IMG/VR virus record: IMGVR_UViG_2906976556_000001
Location: 8,557 to 72,556 of that record
Source of the DNA: a virus
Lineage: Duplodnaviria; Caudoviricetes
Strand: one strand, 5' to 3'
DNA: 64,000 nucleotides
Part shown: positions 8,691 through 19,051 of the stretch, piece after piece
How positions within the stretch are numbered: position 1 is the stretch's first letter
Layout: each line of letters starts with the position of its first letter
Made by a program: the position numbers and the translations under genes
The notes under the pieces: model-generated
Told to the model about the DNA's origin: nothing
Seen by the model: the letters and a program-made list of their open reading frames with translations, nothing else
The model's database searches: none

Positions 8691-10343
8691 TTACATGATT
8701 CCGAGTTCGGTTGTGATGGAGAAGATTTCCTGGATGGCCTCGTACAGCTCCATCACCGGATCAGTGGGGATGCGCTGGCCGATCGTGATGTCCCACGTCG
8801 GCGCTGTGGAGCGGTCCCACGCGAGGGTGAGTTCCGAGACCTGCTCGACGTAGACGACGCCGGGCGGCATGCCGATGATGTTGAATCCGACACGGTCGCC
8901 GAGGAAGAAGTCGCCGCCGCCGTAGTCGCCGACCGTCCACGGCGCCGAGTCCGCCACCTTCAACGTGCAGGTCCGGACCTCGCGGGTCTTCCACATCTGT
9001 GCGCGCTGCGCGATCAGATACCCGAGGGTGTACGCCTTGTCGGCGCCCTCAGCGAACTCCTCGTGATAGTGCGCACCACCCGCACGCCGGGCACGATTCG
9101 AGTTCTTGATCTTCCCGAACGCCAGGAAAACATCGGTGTACAGCGGCTTCAGTAGTGCGTCTGCGATACCGCCGAGCGGCGGAACGCCTGGGATCATTGC
9201 GGTGAGGTCGCCGATCATCTGCACCGTCGCCGAGATCAACTCGTTGACGCCGGGCATCGAATGCCCGCCGGCGACAGACCCGACCGGGCCCGACGGCTTC
9301 TGCGAGTACTCGGACGACTGGATGCCGGACATCTCCGACTCCCAGAACACGACACCCGGGTTCGCCGGTGTCGTGCCGCGCACCTGCGGCGCAGGGTAGA
9401 TGCCGGGAATGTTGGGGTCGTCGACCTGCTCCACCGTCTCGGTGATGCCGTCGCCGTGAATGTTCAGAAACTCTTTGATGATCCCGGCGAACAGGTTGCC
9501 CTGAAACGCTGTGCCCGTGTTGAATCCGGACTTGTCGACGAGATCCCACACCAGGCAGCCGTAGCGCAGGTTCGCGCCCTCCCACGGCGGTGGATCACCC
9601 GGCAGATAGCGGCGGCACACCCACGACAGCTGCGAGTCGGCGACGATTTTCTTGCCGGTGTCGAACATCGTCTTCATCCGCGAATGCACGATCGCGGGCA
9701 GCGAATTGTCGATATCGCCCGGCATAGACGGTTTGACAACGTTCCACCAGGTCGACTGGTTGAAGTTGTTCCACTGCGACTTGTCGAGCGGATTGTCGGG
9801 CAGCGTCCACAGCGACGATTCGAGCCGCATGATCGTGCACAGCAGCGTCGTCTTCAGCGCCCACTTCGCCTTGCCGAAGCACAGCCATAGGCGGGGGAAC
9901 TGAATCTCCGGCGGCAGGAACGGATTCGGGTACACCACCATGTGGGCGAGCTGTTGCAGGTCGTGCTTGAACAGCAGTCGGACGAACCGGCGGCCCGAGT
10001 CATCCTTGATGATCTTGAGCTCGTCCATCTTGCCGGTCCAGCGGGCGCCGTCCTTCTCCATCCGGACGTGCACGTCGGAGGTGGCGCGGCCGTCGACGTT
10101 GATGGCCCACTCGGACAGGTAGTAGTCCAGCGGCATTTCGAGCGAGGCCGACCCGACCTCGTTGTCGATGAACTGGAACGACGCCGAGTTGATCTGTCCG
10201 CAGATTCCGACGGAATTCCAGTCGCCGTCGTACAACTCGACCTCGGGAGGGAGCCGACGGCGGTCGGCCTCCTCTTTGAGCATGTCTTCGATCTGCTGGT
10301 TGAACTTCTCGAAGTCGATCTTGTCGGCGACGGGAGCAGTCAC
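8691..10343 (-). CDS. Minor tail protein (baseplate hub-like)
   Basis: LYDGDW, PNPFLPPEIQFP, DFFLGDRVGF motifs of the second post-tape-measure gene of actinophages. Confidence 0.85.
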   Translation of the reverse strand: MTAPVADKIDFEKFNQQIEDMLKEEADRRRLPPEVELYDGDWNSVGICGQINSASFQFIDNEVGSASLEMPLDYYLSEWAINVDGRATSDVHVRMEKDGARWTGKMDELKIIKDDSGRRFVRLLFKHDLQQLAHMVVYPNPFLPPEIQFPRLWLCFGKAKWALKTTLLCTIMRLESSLWTLPDNPLDKSQWNNFNQSTWWNVVKPSMPGDIDNSLPAIVHSRMKTMFDTGKKIVADSQLSWVCRRYLPGDPPPWEGANLRYGCLVWDLVDKSGFNTGTAFQGNLFAGIIKEFLNIHGDGITETVEQVDDPNIPGIYPAPQVRGTTPANPGVVFWESEMSGIQSSEYSQKPSGPVGSVAGGHSMPGVNELISATVQMIGDLTAMIPGVPPLGGIADALLKPLYTDVFLAFGKIKNSNRARRAGGAHYHEEFAEGADKAYTLGYLIAQRAQMWKTREVRTCTLKVADSAPWTVGDYGGGDFFLGDRVGFNIIGMPPGVVYVEQVSELTLAWDRSTAPTWDITIGQRIPTDPVMELYEAIQEIFSITTELGIM

Positions 10344-10353
10344 AGTTCCTCCC

Positions 10354-11307
10354 TCACGCTTGCATGCCCCAGGGGCGTGGCCAGGAGCTGGTCATTCGCA
10401 GTTGAATCGACGCTCCCGCAGCGGCTTTCGACATCGACACCGGCAGTTCGATGCGCTCGGTGTAGGCGGGAACGGAGTAGAGGAAGCGGACCATTTTCAT
10501 CCGTTGCCGGTATGACTGGTCGAACGACTGATAGCCGCCGAGACGGGCATCGGGCCGTGTGTCGACTCGCACCGAGTAGGTGGCGTCCGGGATTCCCGGC
10601 GGCCCGCCGGGTAATACTTCGGCCATCACGATCTTGCGGGTCGCGAATTCCTTCGCCGCATCGAAGTAGCCGTTGGTCCCGAACTTGTTGTGCCGCTTGT
10701 CGCCCCACGAATAGTCGGGGAGGCGGGGAATGCCCGGGTCCATGAGCAGCCACTTCGGGTAGATCTCGTGTGGGGTGGAGTTCTCCATCCACACCGACCC
10801 GATCTCGAAGTCACCCGCAGCAGTGACCCGAGTCGATGACCACTCGTCGGTGTAGTCGTCCTCGTACCACCACGGATCCATCGCGATGCACTTGAGCTTC
10901 ACCGTCTCGACCTGCACCTGATTGGGGTCGTACTCGATGTCGTAGGTGAATTCGAGCGGCCGGATCTTCAGATGCCGGCGCGACGACTCGGTCTCGATCC
11001 ACAGCTTCGAGTCCTCGAAATGGCTCCACATCTTCCGGAACTCGGAGTCGTTCTCCTGCCACGGCTGGCCGTTCGTCGAATCGATGACGACACCGAACTC
11101 CAACGGCCGCTCCAGCACTCGCGCACCGAAGAACGTCGAGCCCTCCTGGAACGCGTGAGAACCGCGCAGCACCTCGACGGGGACGTCCATGAACCCGGTC
11201 ATCCCCGTCGCCAGGTACGTTGCAGACTCGTCAGACCCCTCGCCGGACAGCGTCACCATGCGGCCGTTGACCCCTTCGAGCTCGACCTGGGTTACGTGCC
11301 GCTTCAT
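10354..11307 (-). CDS. Minor tail protein (distal tail protein-like)
   Basis: First gene after the tape measure; AMDPWW, RLPDYSW and C-terminal WPRPWG. Confidence 0.82.
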   Translation of the reverse strand: MKRHVTQVELEGVNGRMVTLSGEGSDESATYLATGMTGFMDVPVEVLRGSHAFQEGSTFFGARVLERPLEFGVVIDSTNGQPWQENDSEFRKMWSHFEDSKLWIETESSRRHLKIRPLEFTYDIEYDPNQVQVETVKLKCIAMDPWWYEDDYTDEWSSTRVTAAGDFEIGSVWMENSTPHEIYPKWLLMDPGIPRLPDYSWGDKRHNKFGTNGYFDAAKEFATRKIVMAEVLPGGPPGIPDATYSVRVDTRPDARLGGYQSFDQSYRQRMKMVRFLYSVPAYTERIELPVSMSKAAAGASIQLRMTSSWPRPWGMQA

Positions 11308-14300
11308 GAGCGCTTCTTGAACGACAGCGAGCGGACATTCACTTCACTGCGCCACGCCCGGATGCCCTGATCGACTGAGTCGGTTTGGAACACCACGGTG
11401 GGCTGGCGGGCAGCCTTGGCCATCTCGTCGATGCGAGCCTCCATCTTCGATGTGTCCACAGTCGCCACACCGCCGGCCTGGTTGTTGGCGCGGACAGCTG
11501 CGATCTCGCGCATCTGCCGATCCCGTTGCGACGCAGTGGTGACCCACTCGTCTTCGCCGGACAGGTTGAGCGCCGCATGCCCGTGTGGCAGCCGACCGCC
11601 GGTGTCACGCAGCAACATCGGGGTCTTGCGCTGCGAATCGAGCAGGTCGGCGAGCTTCTGTTCCCACGGTCGTTCCGCGAGGGACTTGTTCTCGAGGAAG
11701 GTGGTGACCGCGGGATGGTCCTCTTCGACACCGAACGTGCTGCGGGTGTTCTGGTCGAAGTTGCCGGTGAACAGCGACCGCGACCCGAGAGCTGTGACGA
11801 CCAGCGGGTTGTCCTCGGTGAGGCCCATCGCCGTCAGGCTCGGGTCGTACTTTCCGTTCTCGACGAGGTTCTGCAGGCCGCCGGCGGCCGGACCGAACAG
11901 GCTCTCCACCCATCCGGACGCGCCGACCGGAACGAGCTCTCTAGACTTGTCGCCCGTCGACGACTTCCTTTTGGCGGCCTCCGCTTCGGCGCCGAAGGTG
12001 GGGACCTTCAGGTCCCACCAGCGAGACTCGCCGATACCGAACGGCAACTGTTCGAACAGGGCGTCGACGAGGATGCTGGACACCTGCGAGCCGAAGTCCT
12101 TCAGGCGTTCCTTGACGGAGAATCCCTCGCCGCTGCCGCCGGACGAAGTCGACGACCCGCCGGTGGCCTCCTTCTCCTGCTCCTCCTTCAGCGCGTTGCG
12201 GGCCGACGCCAACGCGAGATCGGCCTCGGTGCGGTCGTTCTCGGTCGCTTCGGGGTCGGCGTACACCTCGTTGCGCTTCGCATTGGCCTGATCGACCGCG
12301 AGCTGCGCCCGCATCAGCGAGATCTCTTCGTCGGTGAAGTTCTTCGCGAGATCCGGTGCTTGCGGTGCCGGGCCCTCGACCGCACCCGACGCGGCAGCGT
12401 CCTTCTTGGCCTGCAGATCGATGACCTTCTGCTTCGCGGCCTTGACCTTTAGATCGGCCTGCTCGCGGTCAGCCTGCGACTTCTTCTCGTTCGCGTAGAT
12501 CTTGTCGCGGGCTTCCTGCGCCTGGGTGACAGCGACCTGGGCCCTGTCCAGCGCGATCTGGTCCTTCTCCGCCCACGTCACCTTCTTCGTCGACGACGAA
12601 CTCGTGGACAGCGACGTCGACGAGTCCCGCGAGTCGAGGGCGGCGATGATCGACTCCGCTTCACCGGCACGCTCCCGGTAGTTCGAGCCGTCGGAGAACG
12701 CGGACTGCTGCACCCGTTGTGCCGCGTCAGCCGGGTCCATCGAGTCGTAGTCGAACTCGACGAGACGGTCGTAGAATTTCCCGGCCGCGATGGTCGGGTC
12801 CATCCGCTCCTCGTACGAGCCCCACCATTCCTGCTGCTGGAACGGGCCGGTCGACGTGTCAGGTCCGCCCTCGACGAGCGACAGGTCCGACTCGGCGAGT
12901 CCGGTCATGACGGCGGCCTTGATGCCGTTGTCGGTGATGCCGCGACGCCGGCCTTCGGCGATGATCGCGTCGGCGATCGCGTCCCGCTCGGACAGCGGCG
13001 CTACCTCAGTCTCGGGTTCGTCGCCGGGGTCGACCAGAACGTGGTCGGTGGCGATGTGCACGTGGTTGGTGTGGTCGCCTGCGCCGTCGTAGAACGAGTC
13101 GTCGACGAACTCGCCGTCCTTGATCTCGCGGCCGAAGCGTGGGTCGTCGTAGATCAGCTCTTTCAGCTCGGATCCGAACTTGCTGGCCATCAGCGTCGCG
13201 AGTCCCAGCTGGGCGTCGGTGTTTCCGAAGCCGTTCGAGAAGTCCGCTGCCATCCCCATGCTGTGGTACGAACCGGTCTCGCCCTCGCGGCCTATGTAGC
13301 CGGACGTCATCTTCAGGGCCGGGAACTTCTGTCCGACATACGCGGTCAGGCTGTCGACGATCGCGCCGCCACCCGCATAGCCGCGGACCTCGCCGCGCGC
13401 CAAAGCGTCCCGGAACCGGTAGACGCCTTCCTGCCCGCCGAGACGGTTGACGTCGTCGACGGTGAGCATGTGCTCGCCCGGCATCGCCAGGATCGGCACC
13501 GAGTCCTTGCCGGGCACGCCGCCGGTGATTGGCCCGCCAGTTGCGAAAGTCTGACCGCGAACTGCCACGCCCGATCTGACTGCCGCGTCGAGTCGTCGAT
13601 CGACTTCTTCGATGTTGTTGAGGACTACGTCGATGGACACTGTGCGGTTACGCGCCGTGTTGTTGGCGGCGAGGTCGATGTCTCGGAGCTGACGCAGTGC
13701 GTCGTCGGTGGGTGCTGTGATCCGGACGATGCCGGGCTTGCCGTTGATGTCCGTTTCGACGGTGCCACCGAGGTCTTTGATCTTTTGGAGAGCCTCCGCG
13801 TCGAGGACGTCGACGGGGACGTCGACGGGCTGGCCGACGCCCTTGAGCATGCTCGAGATTACGGTGAGTTGCTGGGTCACATCGTCGGCCCCGGACAGGC
13901 TGGCCAGCATGATGATCTGCTCGGGCAGCAAACCTTCAGCAGCCGCCATCGCTTCGATCTGCGTCTTCGTGAGCTGGTAGTTGTTGCCAAGCCCAAGTAG
14001 TGCGTCAGCGTTTGAAGCAATCGCTGCGCGCGCGGCTTCTTGCGCCTCTGGCAAGCTCTTGCCCTGCGCTAGCGACGCAGTGATCGTGGCGTTGGTGACC
14101 TCGATCGTGCGGTCACGGATCTCCGTCAGCGAATCACGCAGAGCAGAACCGTTCGCGAGCTGAGTGTTGACGGCGCCGTTTTCGCCTACGAGCGCATCAC
14201 CGACACCGCCGGCCGGGTCAACCCCAGCTGGCTGTTCCTCGCCGAGTTGCCTGATAGTGTCGTTGTAGGCCTGAACAGCGTCGGAGAGTGGAATCTCGTT

Positions 14301-16703
14301 GCCTAGGAACACATCCAGGGCAGTCTTGAGTGCGCTGACCCGATCGTCTGCGGAGGCTGCCTCGTCGCCGAGGGTGGCGATCGCGGCCTTCATGTCGAAG
14401 AAGCCGGGAGTGGTGTTCTTCGCGGTCTGTTCCGCCCGCTGAGCTTCCTCTCGAAGGAGGCGCATCTTGTCGGCCGCTTCTGCGCCGCCCTCGCCGGAAT
14501 TACGAAGTACTGCCTCGAAGGTCGCGAACTCCGTATTGGAAGCTGTCAGCTTCGAAGCAAGCTCTTCGTTCGACAGGCCGAGGTCGTCGAAAGCCTGCTT
14601 AACGCGGGCAGCGGATTCGGCTGTTTCTTCCTGCTTGTTGTAAGCCTCGGTACCTGCCTGCGCGACACCGGAGAACCAACCGATGACGTCCTCGTAGCCA
14701 GCCCGAAAAATGCCGAACGAGCCGGGCGCCGTGTCGGCCAGCTCGCCGAGTTCGCCACGAACGGTGTCGATCTGTACTGCGAGGGCCGACATAACCGTGT
14801 CGGAGATCTCGCCATTCGACTCCTGGAATGCTTTTGCGACATCGCGTTGCGCAACTGCGAGGTTGGTCGAGGAATCCTGGAGCACCTGTGCCTGCTGGCT
14901 CGCCTTCGCGTTCTCGGAGGAGAACTGGCCGACAATCGCAGTCGCAGCCATGATGCCGACCATCCACGGCCCACCCAGGACGCCGACAACACCCTTCGTT
15001 GCAGATACGAGTCCGTTAGCACCTGCCACAGCGGCGCCGCCAACGACTCCACCGAACCTGGCAGCCTGCGCAGCACCGTTACGGAGTGCGCCAGTCACAG
15101 CGCCGGAGGTGGTGGCCAGGTTCCGCTGACGGTCAGCGAACCTCTGCGTTGCGGTGGTGACACCGCGGTAACCGTCGGCCATCTGGCGGATCGCCGGGTG
15201 GCGGCGTTCGAGCGTCGCCAAACCTGCAGCGAGCTCGGACAGCGGCTCGGCGTTCTCCTCAAGCGCACCAGCCAGCTCGTCGGCGCCACCCGTGAGTTCG
15301 GTGAACGGATCGTTTTCGCCGATGCTGCCGAGGGCGGCCTGCATGTCGATCTCGCCCTGCATTTCCTCGCGGAAACTCTGAAAGTTCTCGGTGATGTCCT
15401 GGAACCAGCTGCCGATCTTGTCGGCTCCACCGGTGACCTGCAGTGCAGCGAGAGCACCGGCGACGGCCTGCACCGGGGCAGGGAGGTCGAGGAACGCGCC
15501 GACAGCGTCGCCGACGAATCCAGCGACCGGGGCGAGCATCTGACCGAATTCGACGGCCGCTCCGCCAGCATCCTGAAGACCGGAGATGATGCCAGGCGTG
15601 ACGGCCGAAATTTTGTCAGCGGCCGCGGTCGCGAAGCCTTCGAGCGGGCCCTCGATCAGCCCGTACAGGCCGAGTGTGAGTGTCTCGGTGGCGTTTTCGA
15701 TCGACGCCATCGCACCCGGAAGGCCCTGCGTCTTCGCAGCAGCGACCTCGGCGGCCGCGCCCTGCCGTTCGATCGCCGTATGCATGGCGTCGTACCCGGC
15801 CTGGCCCTGCTCGGCCGCGACACCGGCGAGACGCATAGCGTCCGAACCGAACAGAGTCGCCGTCGCCGCTTGATATAATTCAGGTGTCATGCTGGCCGCG
15901 GCCTCATCGAGCTGGCCGAACAAACTCGACATGCCGACGAACTGGCCCTCGGCGTCGTAAATCGTCAGACCGAGCTCTTCGATCGCCGCCTGCGCGGGCT
16001 TGCCCTGGTCTGTCACCGCGAGAAGCGCGGACTTCAGCAAGGTACCGGCGTCGGAACCCGAGATACCGGCGTTCGACAGCACACCGAGGGCAGCCGCAGT
16101 GTCTTCGACCGTCAGGCCGAACTGGTTCGCGACGGCACCGGACTGCTGCAAACCTGCAGCGATGTCGGTGATCTCAGCTGAGGAAGCGTTCGCGGCGTTC
16201 GCGAGCACATCGGCCGCAGTCGCCGCATACGAGGCGTCCAACCCGAATGCCTGCAGTGCCTGCGACTGAATCGTCGCCGCGGTACCGGCGTCGATCTGCG
16301 CAGCAGCAGCGAGCTGCAGCGTTCCACGCGCAGCCTCCATCGACTGCTCGACCGTGAAACCACCCTTGGCGAGCTCAGTCATCGCGGCCGCCGCATCGGA
16401 CGCCGACGTCGCAGACAGCTGATTGTCGTTGCCGAGTTCCTTGGCCCGCTCCGACACGGCGGCCATCTGCTGTGCCGTCGCCGACGACACCGCCTGCATC
16501 GTGTTCAGCTCGTTCGTAAAGTCGTTGCCGGTCTTGATGACCTCACCGAACGCTGCGGTGACACCACCGGCGAGGATGCCGGCGCCCATGATCTTGCCGA
16601 AGGTGCCCGCTACGCCGACTGCACGGCCGAGTCCACGCTCGAGGTCTCCTGCAACACGGCTGACGTCAGCCGCCACCTCAATATCTATGCGGCCACCAGC
16701 CAA
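11304..16703 (-). CDS. Tape measure protein with C-terminal peptidoglycan-hydrolase-like domains
   Basis: ~1800 aa Ala/Gly-rich; TP901-type TMP core; TTG start AGGRIDIEV; HSMGMAAD...HTNHVH and AESDL...GPFQQ motifs. Confidence 0.95.
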   Translation of the reverse strand: MAGGRIDIEVAADVSRVAGDLERGLGRAVGVAGTFGKIMGAGILAGGVTAAFGEVIKTGNDFTNELNTMQAVSSATAQQMAAVSERAKELGNDNQLSATSASDAAAAMTELAKGGFTVEQSMEAARGTLQLAAAAQIDAGTAATIQSQALQAFGLDASYAATAADVLANAANASSAEITDIAAGLQQSGAVANQFGLTVEDTAAALGVLSNAGISGSDAGTLLKSALLAVTDQGKPAQAAIEELGLTIYDAEGQFVGMSSLFGQLDEAAASMTPELYQAATATLFGSDAMRLAGVAAEQGQAGYDAMHTAIERQGAAAEVAAAKTQGLPGAMASIENATETLTLGLYGLIEGPLEGFATAAADKISAVTPGIISGLQDAGGAAVEFGQMLAPVAGFVGDAVGAFLDLPAPVQAVAGALAALQVTGGADKIGSWFQDITENFQSFREEMQGEIDMQAALGSIGENDPFTELTGGADELAGALEENAEPLSELAAGLATLERRHPAIRQMADGYRGVTTATQRFADRQRNLATTSGAVTGALRNGAAQAARFGGVVGGAAVAGANGLVSATKGVVGVLGGPWMVGIMAATAIVGQFSSENAKASQQAQVLQDSSTNLAVAQRDVAKAFQESNGEISDTVMSALAVQIDTVRGELGELADTAPGSFGIFRAGYEDVIGWFSGVAQAGTEAYNKQEETAESAARVKQAFDDLGLSNEELASKLTASNTEFATFEAVLRNSGEGGAEAADKMRLLREEAQRAEQTAKNTTPGFFDMKAAIATLGDEAASADDRVSALKTALDVFLGNEIPLSDAVQAYNDTIRQLGEEQPAGVDPAGGVGDALVGENGAVNTQLANGSALRDSLTEIRDRTIEVTNATITASLAQGKSLPEAQEAARAAIASNADALLGLGNNYQLTKTQIEAMAAAEGLLPEQIIMLASLSGADDVTQQLTVISSMLKGVGQPVDVPVDVLDAEALQKIKDLGGTVETDINGKPGIVRITAPTDDALRQLRDIDLAANNTARNRTVSIDVVLNNIEEVDRRLDAAVRSGVAVRGQTFATGGPITGGVPGKDSVPILAMPGEHMLTVDDVNRLGGQEGVYRFRDALARGEVRGYAGGGAIVDSLTAYVGQKFPALKMTSGYIGREGETGSYHSMGMAADFSNGFGNTDAQLGLATLMASKFGSELKELIYDDPRFGREIKDGEFVDDSFYDGAGDHTNHVHIATDHVLVDPGDEPETEVAPLSERDAIADAIIAEGRRRGITDNGIKAAVMTGLAESDLSLVEGGPDTSTGPFQQQEWWGSYEERMDPTIAAGKFYDRLVEFDYDSMDPADAAQRVQQSAFSDGSNYRERAGEAESIIAALDSRDSSTSLSTSSSSTKKVTWAEKDQIALDRAQVAVTQAQEARDKIYANEKKSQADREQADLKVKAAKQKVIDLQAKKDAAASGAVEGPAPQAPDLAKNFTDEEISLMRAQLAVDQANAKRNEVYADPEATENDRTEADLALASARNALKEEQEKEATGGSSTSSGGSGEGFSVKERLKDFGSQVSSILVDALFEQLPFGIGESRWWDLKVPTFGAEAEAAKRKSSTGDKSRELVPVGASGWVESLFGPAAGGLQNLVENGKYDPSLTAMGLTEDNPLVVTALGSRSLFTGNFDQNTRSTFGVEEDHPAVTTFLENKSLAERPWEQKLADLLDSQRKTPMLLRDTGGRLPHGHAALNLSGEDEWVTTASQRDRQMREIAAVRANNQAGGVATVDTSKMEARIDEMAKAARQPTVVFQTDSVDQGIRAWRSEVNVRSLSFKKRS

Positions 16704-16779
16704 GGCGCACCCCCTATGAGCGTTTCTTCCGCCTATGAACGGAGTTGTTCGTGGGAAAAATGTCTGGTATTCACAAGCG

Positions 16780-17070
16780 ATGGACACCAGAAAGAAGCTC
16801 GTATTTGCCGCCGTCGCCGTGGTAGTTGCTGTCCTGGCAGTGGCGGGCTTCTTAGGAATCAGGCATGAGAACGACAAGGCCGCCGAGCAAGCGCGTCTTG
16901 TCACCCAGTCGTGCGAAAAGAGCGCTCGACAACAGAGCTATTCGTCGGCGGCATTGACCCGGAACGTCGAAACAGACTCCAACCTCGTCGTAACCGGCGA
17001 AGTTAGTGAGGGCCCGTTCTGGTATGCCTTTACCTGCGATACGAGCACGATTGCTGAGCTTCAGCGTTAG
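16780..17070 (+). CDS. Small membrane-anchored protein on the opposite strand (moron-like)
   Basis: MDTRKK, one TM helix, 2 Cys; fills the gap between tail chaperone and tape measure; locally lower GC. Confidence 0.65.
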   Translation: MDTRKKLVFAAVAVVVAVLAVAGFLGIRHENDKAAEQARLVTQSCEKSARQQSYSSAALTRNVETDSNLVVTGEVSEGPFWYAFTCDTSTIAELQR

Positions 17071-17534
17071 CCGAATTGCCAGCCGCCGATGAGGTCCTTC
17101 AGCTTCGGTTTGGTGGGTTGCTCCGCCTTGGGCGCGTATTTCGCCGACTCGTCCCGGTGTCGCTGCAGCAGAGCTGCGGTGATGTCGGGATGGCGTTGCG
17201 CCACAGGTGGAATGAGCGGCCGCGGTGAAGGCTTCACCTTCTTGAACCGTTCCCGCTCGGCCTTGACTTCGGGGTCGTCTGGATCGGTGACCCAGGATCG
17301 ATACTCGGATGTCAGCCAGTAGTCCTTGCGGTCGACCAGCATCGCGAGGTTTTCCGAGTCGCGGGCCTCCTGGTCGAGGACTTCCAGCGCGTGGTTGAGC
17401 AAAGCAATGAAGTCCTCGCGGCGCAGCTTGAGAGCCTGCCGAAGGTCTAGGTGGTGGATCCTCTGGAAGATCGCGTAGCAAGCGCCCCAGCCATCCGCCG
17501 AGCAGAGGTAGGCAAGAGCGCCACGGCTTCCCCC
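17067..17534 (-). CDS. Tail assembly chaperone, -1 frameshift extension (G-T product)
   Basis: -1 frame is open from the slippery GGGGGAA (17528-17534) to the stop at 17067. Confidence 0.8.
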   Translation of the reverse strand, partial: GGSRGALAYLCSADGWGACYAIFQRIHHLDLRQALKLRREDFIALLNHALEVLDQEARDSENLAMLVDRKDYWLTSEYRSWVTDPDDPEVKAERERFKKVKPSPRPLIPPVAQRHPDITAALLQRHRDESAKYAPKAEQPTKPKLKDLIGGWQFG

Positions 17535-17914
17535 TCGACGAGAGTGGAGAGCTGCGCGATTTTGTTGACAACCTTGACGCCCTGCTCGATCGAGAGTTTG
17601 TCAATCTCCGTTGCGAGCGCTCTGGCGTCGTCCCCGACCACCAGTTCGAGTGCCTGCAGGATCTCGTTGCGGCGCAGGTGCTCGCTGAACTTGAGGTCCT
17701 CTTCGGCGCTGTACGTCCGCCGGATGGTGGCGTGCACACCGAAGAGGCTCACGGGCAGTGGTTCCTGCTCGGTGGTGCCGAGAGCGTCGAGCAGGTCGAA
17801 CGCATCCGGATTCTCGACCGGCTCCGCCGCAGGTTCCGTCGCGGGAACCGTGCGGGGAGCGGCCTTCTTCGCCGCCGTCTTACGGGCAGCGGACTTACGT
17901 TGGGTGCCTGGCAT
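17447..17914 (-). CDS. Tail assembly chaperone (G product)
   Basis: Between major tail and tape measure; ends shortly after GAG GGG GAA. Confidence 0.85.
   Translation of the reverse strand: MPGTQRKSAARKTAAKKAAPRTVPATEPAAEPVENPDAFDLLDALGTTEQEPLPVSLFGVHATIRRTYSAEEDLKFSEHLRRNEILQALELVVGDDARALATEIDKLSIEQGVKVVNKIAQLSTLVEGEAVALLPTSARRMAGALATRSSRGSTT
17528..17534 (-). promoter_or_regulatory. Programmed -1 frameshift slippery site GGGGGAA
   Basis: Heptamer known from actinophage tail chaperones, in the correct frame and joining two ORFs. Confidence 0.82.
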
Positions 17915-17931
17915 GGGTGTCGCCTCTCAGA

Positions 17932-18495
17932 TCAAGCGAGGGGATTGGAATCGGACAGCGGAATCACCGGCGCGAGAGCGAGCAGCTCCATGTCGAAGCC
18001 GTCGATCTTGTCGCCGCCGAGCGAACGCGGCGGCGGGGTGAACAGGGTGGCGCGCTCGCAGTAAAGGGCATGCGAGTCGTCCTCGTCCTCCAAGACGAGC
18101 AGGATCGCGAACTCTTCCGAGTCGCCGAGGTTCCACTTCCACACACCCGAACCCGTGGTCGTCTCGGTGATCGAACCGCCCTGCAGCAGGGTGGTGATCG
18201 TCGCCTTCGAATAGTCGACAGGCTTCAGCTTCAGCCGGTCGCTGCGAGGCGAGCGTGCGATCTTGTACGAGGACTGCCGGTAGTTCCAGATCGGCAGTTC
18301 CTTCGTGTCCTGGCTGGGGTTCTGCTCGAACCCGGCCTCGATGCCGCCGAACGCATCCCACACGACCGGGGTGCCGGTGCCGGACGAAGGTGCTTCACCG
18401 AACGGGTTCGTCGGAATCGGGGTGCCGGCAGGGGCACGGAACGCGTTGCCGTCCTGCCAGACATAGGCCTTCTCCGGATTTGCGTATGTACTCAC
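17932..18495 (-). CDS. Major tail protein
   Basis: GTG start with AGAAGGAG RBS; ANPEKAYVWQDGNAFRAPAGT N-terminus; synteny. Confidence 0.85.
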   Translation of the reverse strand: MSTYANPEKAYVWQDGNAFRAPAGTPIPTNPFGEAPSSGTGTPVVWDAFGGIEAGFEQNPSQDTKELPIWNYRQSSYKIARSPRSDRLKLKPVDYSKATITTLLQGGSITETTTGSGVWKWNLGDSEEFAILLVLEDEDDSHALYCERATLFTPPPRSLGGDKIDGFDMELLALAPVIPLSDSNPLA

Positions 18496-18538
18496 GGATT
18501 CTCCTTCTGAGGTGAGCTCACGACCGTGAGCATTGGAA

Positions 18539-18579
18539 GTCCCACCTCGGACGTGCCAGGCGAGCACCCGAGGTGGGAC
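18539..18579 (-). promoter_or_regulatory. Strong hairpin in the major tail protein leader
   Basis: 12-bp stem GTCCCACCTCGG/CCGAGGTGGGAC with inner GTGC/GCAC stem. Confidence 0.5.
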
Positions 18580-18604
18580 AGTTGAGACGCCCGAATAGGG
18601 CGAG

Positions 18605-19051
18605 TTAGCGGACGGTGAACTTCATTTCGAACCGGCAGATCGCACGGAACAGGGGAAGATCGGGTCCGCGTTCCGTGTCGACGTCGGTGATCGGGCCTTC
18701 GTCCCACGTCGCCCGCCACGACGACTGGGTGTCACGGAACCGCTGAATCCTCGCCTTGTGGACAAGCCGCCCCGACAGGTCGGCGATGTTCCAAGCGAGC
18801 TCGTCGGGGGCGATGTCGCCGCCGAGGATTTCCCACTTCGGCACCCACACATCGAGCTGCACCAACGGTTTCCGCAGCATCGGGTCCTGCCCGAAATTGG
18901 AGACCGCAGCCAACGTGACGAACGGGCCGGTGATCTTGTCGGGGATGTCGGACGTCGACACCGACTCGACGGGCACCTGGTTCGTGAACTCGGGCTGCCC
19001 GATCAGGAAGTCGCGGAGCGCGGCAGGCGCGTACGGGGTCACCGTGGTCAC
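18605..19051 (-). CDS. Tail terminator
   Basis: Synteny; PLVQLDVW motif. Confidence 0.7.
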   Translation of the reverse strand: MTTVTPYAPAALRDFLIGQPEFTNQVPVESVSTSDIPDKITGPFVTLAAVSNFGQDPMLRKPLVQLDVWVPKWEILGGDIAPDELAWNIADLSGRLVHKARIQRFRDTQSSWRATWDEGPITDVDTERGPDLPLFRAICRFEMKFTVR

